From positions 32,001 to 96,000 of the forward strand of contig JAXHNB010000006.1 in assembly GCA_034520945.1 (NCBI GenBank): a stretch of 64,000 bases of DNA, given 5' to 3'. Under the pieces are notes generated by a model. The model was given only the letters and a program-made list of their open reading frames with translations. It was not told where the DNA came from and searched no databases. Position numbers and translations under genes: made by a program. Source of the stretch: Trueperaceae bacterium. GTDB taxonomy: Bacteria > Deinococcota > Deinococci > Deinococcales > Trueperaceae. Shown here piece by piece: positions 60,384-64,000 of the stretch; positions within the stretch are counted from its first letter, which is position 1, and each line of letters starts with the position of its first letter.

Positions 60384-60847
60384 GTGCTGGGCCTCAACAG
60401 GTGCTCCAGGCACGGGCGGTAGTCGAGCCCCTGAACGAAGTCGCGACCCAGATCGGCCACGCTCACCTCGGACAGCGCGTCCAGCACCGCGTCCCGGACG
60501 CGTTGCCACACGGCGGTCCGGGCGTGGCAGCGGTCCTCCACCTCGCAGGACGCGTACCAGTTCAGGCTGACGCAACTGAGCGGCGCGACCGGGCCGTCGA
60601 TGGCGCGCATCACCTCGCGGAGGTCGATCGTCGTGGCGGGGCGGGCCAGCGCGTACCCGCCGCCGCTGCCCTTCTTGGAGAGGATGATCTCGTTGCCCAC
60701 CAGTTTGGCCAGCACCCGGGCCAGGTAGGGGCGCGCGATGCCCGTCGCTTCGCTGATCGCGTCGCTGCCCACCCATGCGCCCTGCGGGCGGCTGGCGAGG
60801 TACCCGAGCGCCTGCATGGCGTACACGTCGGTGGCCGAAAGTCTCAT
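60380..60847 (-). CDS. Rrf2-family transcriptional regulator with three-Cys Fe-S motif
   Basis: [33 protein letters not shown]. Confidence 0.93.
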   Translation of the reverse strand: MRLSATDVYAMQALGYLASRPQGAWVGSDAISEATGIARPYLARVLAKLVGNEIILSKKGSGGGYALARPATTIDLREVMRAIDGPVAPLSCVSLNWYASCEVEDRCHARTAVWQRVRDAVLDALSEVSVADLGRDFVQGLDYRPCLEHLLRPST

Positions 60848-60993
60848 GCCGGCCAGTCTAGCCCTGCGGCCGGGCGGGGCGCCGCCACGTGCGAACGGCC
60901 TCGGGCGCGGGCGGGGTCGCCGCGCGGGCCCGTGTCATACTGCACGCGGCCGCGACGGAGACACCCGCGCGCGGCGGGAAGGGGACGACACGC

Positions 60994-62211
60994 ATGCCGG
61001 GAATCGCCGTGATCGGGGCCCAATGGGGCGACGAGGGCAAGGGCAAGGTCGTGGACGCGCTGGCGCACGACGCCGACGTGGTGGTGCGCTTTTCGGGCGG
61101 GGCCAACGCGGGGCACACGGTCGTCGCGGGCGGGCAGACCTACAAGCTGCACCACCTGCCCTGCGGGGTTTTGCACGACCGGCCCGCCTCGGTGCTGGGG
61201 GCCGGCATGGTGATCGATCCGGCCGACTTCCTGGCCGAGTACGACGCGTTGGCCGCGCGCCGCGATCCGGGGGCGGTGTGGATCTCGCCCGAGGCGCACC
61301 TGGTGCTGCCGCACCACCGCAAGAACGACGAGGGGGGCGGCTTCGTCGGCACGACCGGCCGCGGGATCGGGCCGACCTACAGCGACAAGTCCCGCCGGCT
61401 GGGCATTCGCGCCGGCGATCTGCTGGACGAGTCACGGCTTCGAGACGGCCTTACGCGCCTGATCCAGGGCAAGCCGAACTCGACCGCGCGCGTGGGATGG
61501 AACGGCGTGGACGAGGCCATGGACGCCCTGGCCGAGGCGCGGGCGCGGCTGGCCCCGTTCGTGGTCGACGCCGGCGCGCGCGTGCGCAAGACGCTGGCCG
61601 AGGGGGGGCGGGTGATGTTCGAAGGGGGGCAGGGCACCATGTTGGACCTGACGTACGGCACCTACCCCTACGTCACCAGCAGCCACCCGACCGTCGGGGG
61701 GATCCTCATCGGTGCGGGCGTGTCGCACAAGGCGTTGTCGCACGTCGTGGGGGTGGTGAAGGCGTTCACCACCCGCGTGGGGCACGGGCCCTTGCCGACC
61801 GAGATCCACGACGAGGCGGCCGCGGCGCGACTGCGCGGCACGGGCGTCAACCAGTGGGACGAGTTCGGCACCACCACCGGCCGGCCGCGCCGCGTGGGGT
61901 GGCTGGACCTGGCGCAGCTCCGCTACGCCTGCGAACTGAACGGCTTCGACACGCTGGTGGTCACCAAACTGGACGTGCTGTCCGGGCTCGACGTGGTCCG
62001 GGTGTGCACGGCGTACGGCGAAGACGGCGCGCCGGTGTGGCGCGACATGCCCGGCTGGGGCGACCTGCGTGGACTGGGTGACCTGGCGGCGTTGCCGCGC
62101 GAGGTGACCGACTACCTCTCCCTGATCGAGGAGGTGGTGGGGGTCCCGGTCACCATGTTCTCGACCAGCCCGGACCGCATCGACACCTACGGCGAAGTCG
62201 CCTGGTCCTGA
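60994..62211 (+). CDS. purA: Adenylosuccinate synthetase
   Basis: GAQWGDEGKGK, GGANAGHT, GTYPYVTSS, EFGTTTGRPRRVGW. Confidence 0.98.
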   Translation: MPGIAVIGAQWGDEGKGKVVDALAHDADVVVRFSGGANAGHTVVAGGQTYKLHHLPCGVLHDRPASVLGAGMVIDPADFLAEYDALAARRDPGAVWISPEAHLVLPHHRKNDEGGGFVGTTGRGIGPTYSDKSRRLGIRAGDLLDESRLRDGLTRLIQGKPNSTARVGWNGVDEAMDALAEARARLAPFVVDAGARVRKTLAEGGRVMFEGGQGTMLDLTYGTYPYVTSSHPTVGGILIGAGVSHKALSHVVGVVKAFTTRVGHGPLPTEIHDEAAAARLRGTGVNQWDEFGTTTGRPRRVGWLDLAQLRYACELNGFDTLVVTKLDVLSGLDVVRVCTAYGEDGAPVWRDMPGWGDLRGLGDLAALPREVTDYLSLIEEVVGVPVTMFSTSPDRIDTYGEVAWS

Positions 62212-62248
62212 GGCGCCGCCGCACGGGGTCGTGCGGCGGCGCGGTGGG

Positions 62249-62755
62249 TCAGGTCGACGGCGCCTCCTCGCCGACCTTGGGGTCCGGCTGCGCCAGGTAG
62301 GTCAGCAGGATCGCGAAGGCCGCCAAGGTCCGGAAGGCCTCGGGCCCGCCGTTCCACGTCTCGGACTGCGTCATCAGGAACCATTCGCCGCCGACGGTGA
62401 GGTAGGCCAGCAACCACAGCAACAGGCCGAGGGTCATGCCGGTGACGGCCTTGTCCTTGGCGCGGTAGAAGTCCACCCGCGACGCGTGGCGCGAGGCCCA
62501 CATCGCCAGGGCGCCCCAGGCGCAGTACAGGAACGCCAGCGCCTTCCAGAAGATGGTGACCCAGTAGAACGCCTCCTGGATGCCTGGGTCGGCGATCGCG
62601 CGCCACACCTGCGCGTCGGCGGCGTACTCCATGCTCAGCACGCCCCGCACGAAGGCGGCGTTCGCTTCGTACATGACCACGTCGTTGTACACGAGAAGCA
62701 GGTAGAACAGGGCGGCGGCCATGACCAGTGCCGTCTTGGACACACGTACCGACAT
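62249..62755 (-). CDS. DUF2165-like membrane protein
   Basis: N..FVRGVLSM, VGGEWFLM.QS.TWNG; GAGGAGG RBS. Confidence 0.8.
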   Translation of the reverse strand: MSVRVSKTALVMAAALFYLLLVYNDVVMYEANAAFVRGVLSMEYAADAQVWRAIADPGIQEAFYWVTIFWKALAFLYCAWGALAMWASRHASRVDFYRAKDKAVTGMTLGLLLWLLAYLTVGGEWFLMTQSETWNGGPEAFRTLAAFAILLTYLAQPDPKVGEEAPST

Positions 62756-62881
62756 ATGGACCTCCTCGTCGAATGCTTGCGGTGCCACGCTAGCAGGCCG
62801 CGTGTGGCGGCGGGGCGACATTCGCCCGCCGCGGCGTGATTCGGGGCCGTGGAACGTGGCGATGCCGTGCCCACGACGCAG

Positions 62882-62911
62882 TTGACACGGCGTGGCCCAC
62901 GAACGTATCGT
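62882..62911 (+). promoter_or_regulatory. Sigma70-type promoter
   Basis: TTGACA 62882-62887, 18-bp spacer, TATCGT 62906-62911. Confidence 0.5.
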
Positions 62912-62992
62912 GCGGACAGTCACAAGTCGCGAATCACCCGCTTGCGCGGCATTTCTGCCGCTGCCAAGAGAAACGTGTCGGTGGATGATGGC

Positions 62993-64000
62993 ATGGAGCT
63001 AGAGCTCGAACGCGCCGTGAAACGCTTCGGCGATACGTCCGTCCTTCGCGAGTTGACATTGGACGTGCGCGACGCCGACATGGTGGCGGTGGTCGCGCCG
63101 ACGGGATCGGGCAAGACCACCCTTCTTCGTGTGCTGGCCGGCCTCGAGCGACTCGACGCCGGCCGTTTGTCGGTCGGCGGGCGCGACGTCACCGGCGTGC
63201 ACGTGCGCAAGCGCAACGTGTCGATGGTGTACCAGGAGTTCGTCAACTACCCCTCGCTCACGGTGTACGAAAACATCGCCTCGCCGTTGCGCGTCGCCAA
63301 GCCCAGACCGCCGCGATCCGAGCTCGACCGGCGCGTGCACGCCATCGCCGAGCAGCTCGGCATCGACGACCTCCTGCCCCGCCTGCCGCAAGAGCTCTCA
63401 GGTGGACAGCAGCAGCGCGTCGCGTTGGCGCGCGCCCTGGTCAAGGAGGTCGAGCTGGTGCTGCTGGACGAGCCGCTCGGCAACCTGGACTACAAGTTGC
63501 GCGAGGCGCTCCGCTTGGAGCTGAAGGAGCTGTCCAGGTCGCGCGACGCCCTGTTCGTGTACGCCACGCCCGAACCGGTCGACGCGCTGATGATGGCGTC
63601 GCACGTCGCGGTCCTGGCCGAAGGCCGCATTCTGCAATACGGCCCGACCGAGGCGGTGTATCGCCGGCCCCAGCACCTGCAGGTGGGCGAGCGCTTCAGC
63701 GAGCCCCCCATGAATCTGCTGCCGTGCCGAGTGGAGGACGGCGTCGCGGTGTTCAGCGACCAGCTCCGCCTTCCGCTCGGGTCGGACGTGCCCCCGGACG
63801 GGCGGTACGTGCTGGGGGTGTACCCCCACCAGCTGTTCGTCGGTGCGTCCGCCGAGAAGGCCCCGGCGGCCGCGGTCTCGATCGGTGCGCAACTGGAACT
63901 GGCGGACGTGGTCGGCTCCGACGTGACCATGCGACTCACGCACGCAGGCCAGACGCTGATCGCCGTCAGCGACCAGCTTCGCCGCTACGATCTGGGCGAG
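62993..64000 (+). CDS. glpS: ABC transporter ATP-binding protein, GlpS (glycerol uptake)-like; 3' truncated and missing from the ORF track
   Basis: Manual translation: MELELERAVKRFG...APTGSGKTT...MVYQEFVNYPSLTVYENIASPL...LSGGQQQR...LLDEPLGNLDYKLRE. Confidence 0.85.
   Translation, partial: MELELERAVKRFGDTSVLRELTLDVRDADMVAVVAPTGSGKTTLLRVLAGLERLDAGRLSVGGRDVTGVHVRKRNVSMVYQEFVNYPSLTVYENIASPLRVAKPRPPRSELDRRVHAIAEQLGIDDLLPRLPQELSGGQQQRVALARALVKEVELVLLDEPLGNLDYKLREALRLELKELSRSRDALFVYATPEPVDALMMASHVAVLAEGRILQYGPTEAVYRRPQHLQVGERFSEPPMNLLPCRVEDGVAVFSDQLRLPLGSDVPPDGRYVLGVYPHQLFVGASAEKAPAAAVSIGAQLELADVVGSDVTMRLTHAGQTLIAVSDQLRRYDLGE

Overview
A very GC-rich chromosomal window of mostly core genes, most likely from a Deinococcota bacterium (Thermus-like ba3 oxidase, RnpA and SdhC sequences; Trueperaceae is a guess). 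It holds about 62 coding genes: a ba3-type oxidase operon, EF-G2, metK, gatA/gatB, dps, folE, Fe(III) ABC components, sdhCDAB, rpmH-rnpA-yidD-yidC-jag-prmC, a sugar/inositol ABC operon, large NAD-glutamate dehydrogenase, hemW, ftsK, mreD-mrdA-minC, rrf2-puuD-tyrA, purA and the start of a GlpS-like ABC ATPase. I saw no rRNA, tRNA, CRISPR array, integrase or transposase. Main observations: (1) ba3 subunit II is fused to a cytochrome c552-like domain; (2) a HemC homolog lacks the cofactor Cys and most catalytic residues; (3) a 25-bp IscR/Rrf2-like motif occurs three times, twice around the Fe(III)-binding-protein promoter and once over an unknown gene next to dps; (4) two perfect palindromes 110 bp apart lie upstream of an orphan acidic microprotein; (5) about 20 genes have leaderless-type -10 boxes; (6) a cytochrome P460-family protein keeps the cross-linking Lys; (7) the Ca/Na antiporter has a one-base frameshift. 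All homology calls come from motif recognition by eye, with no database searches.
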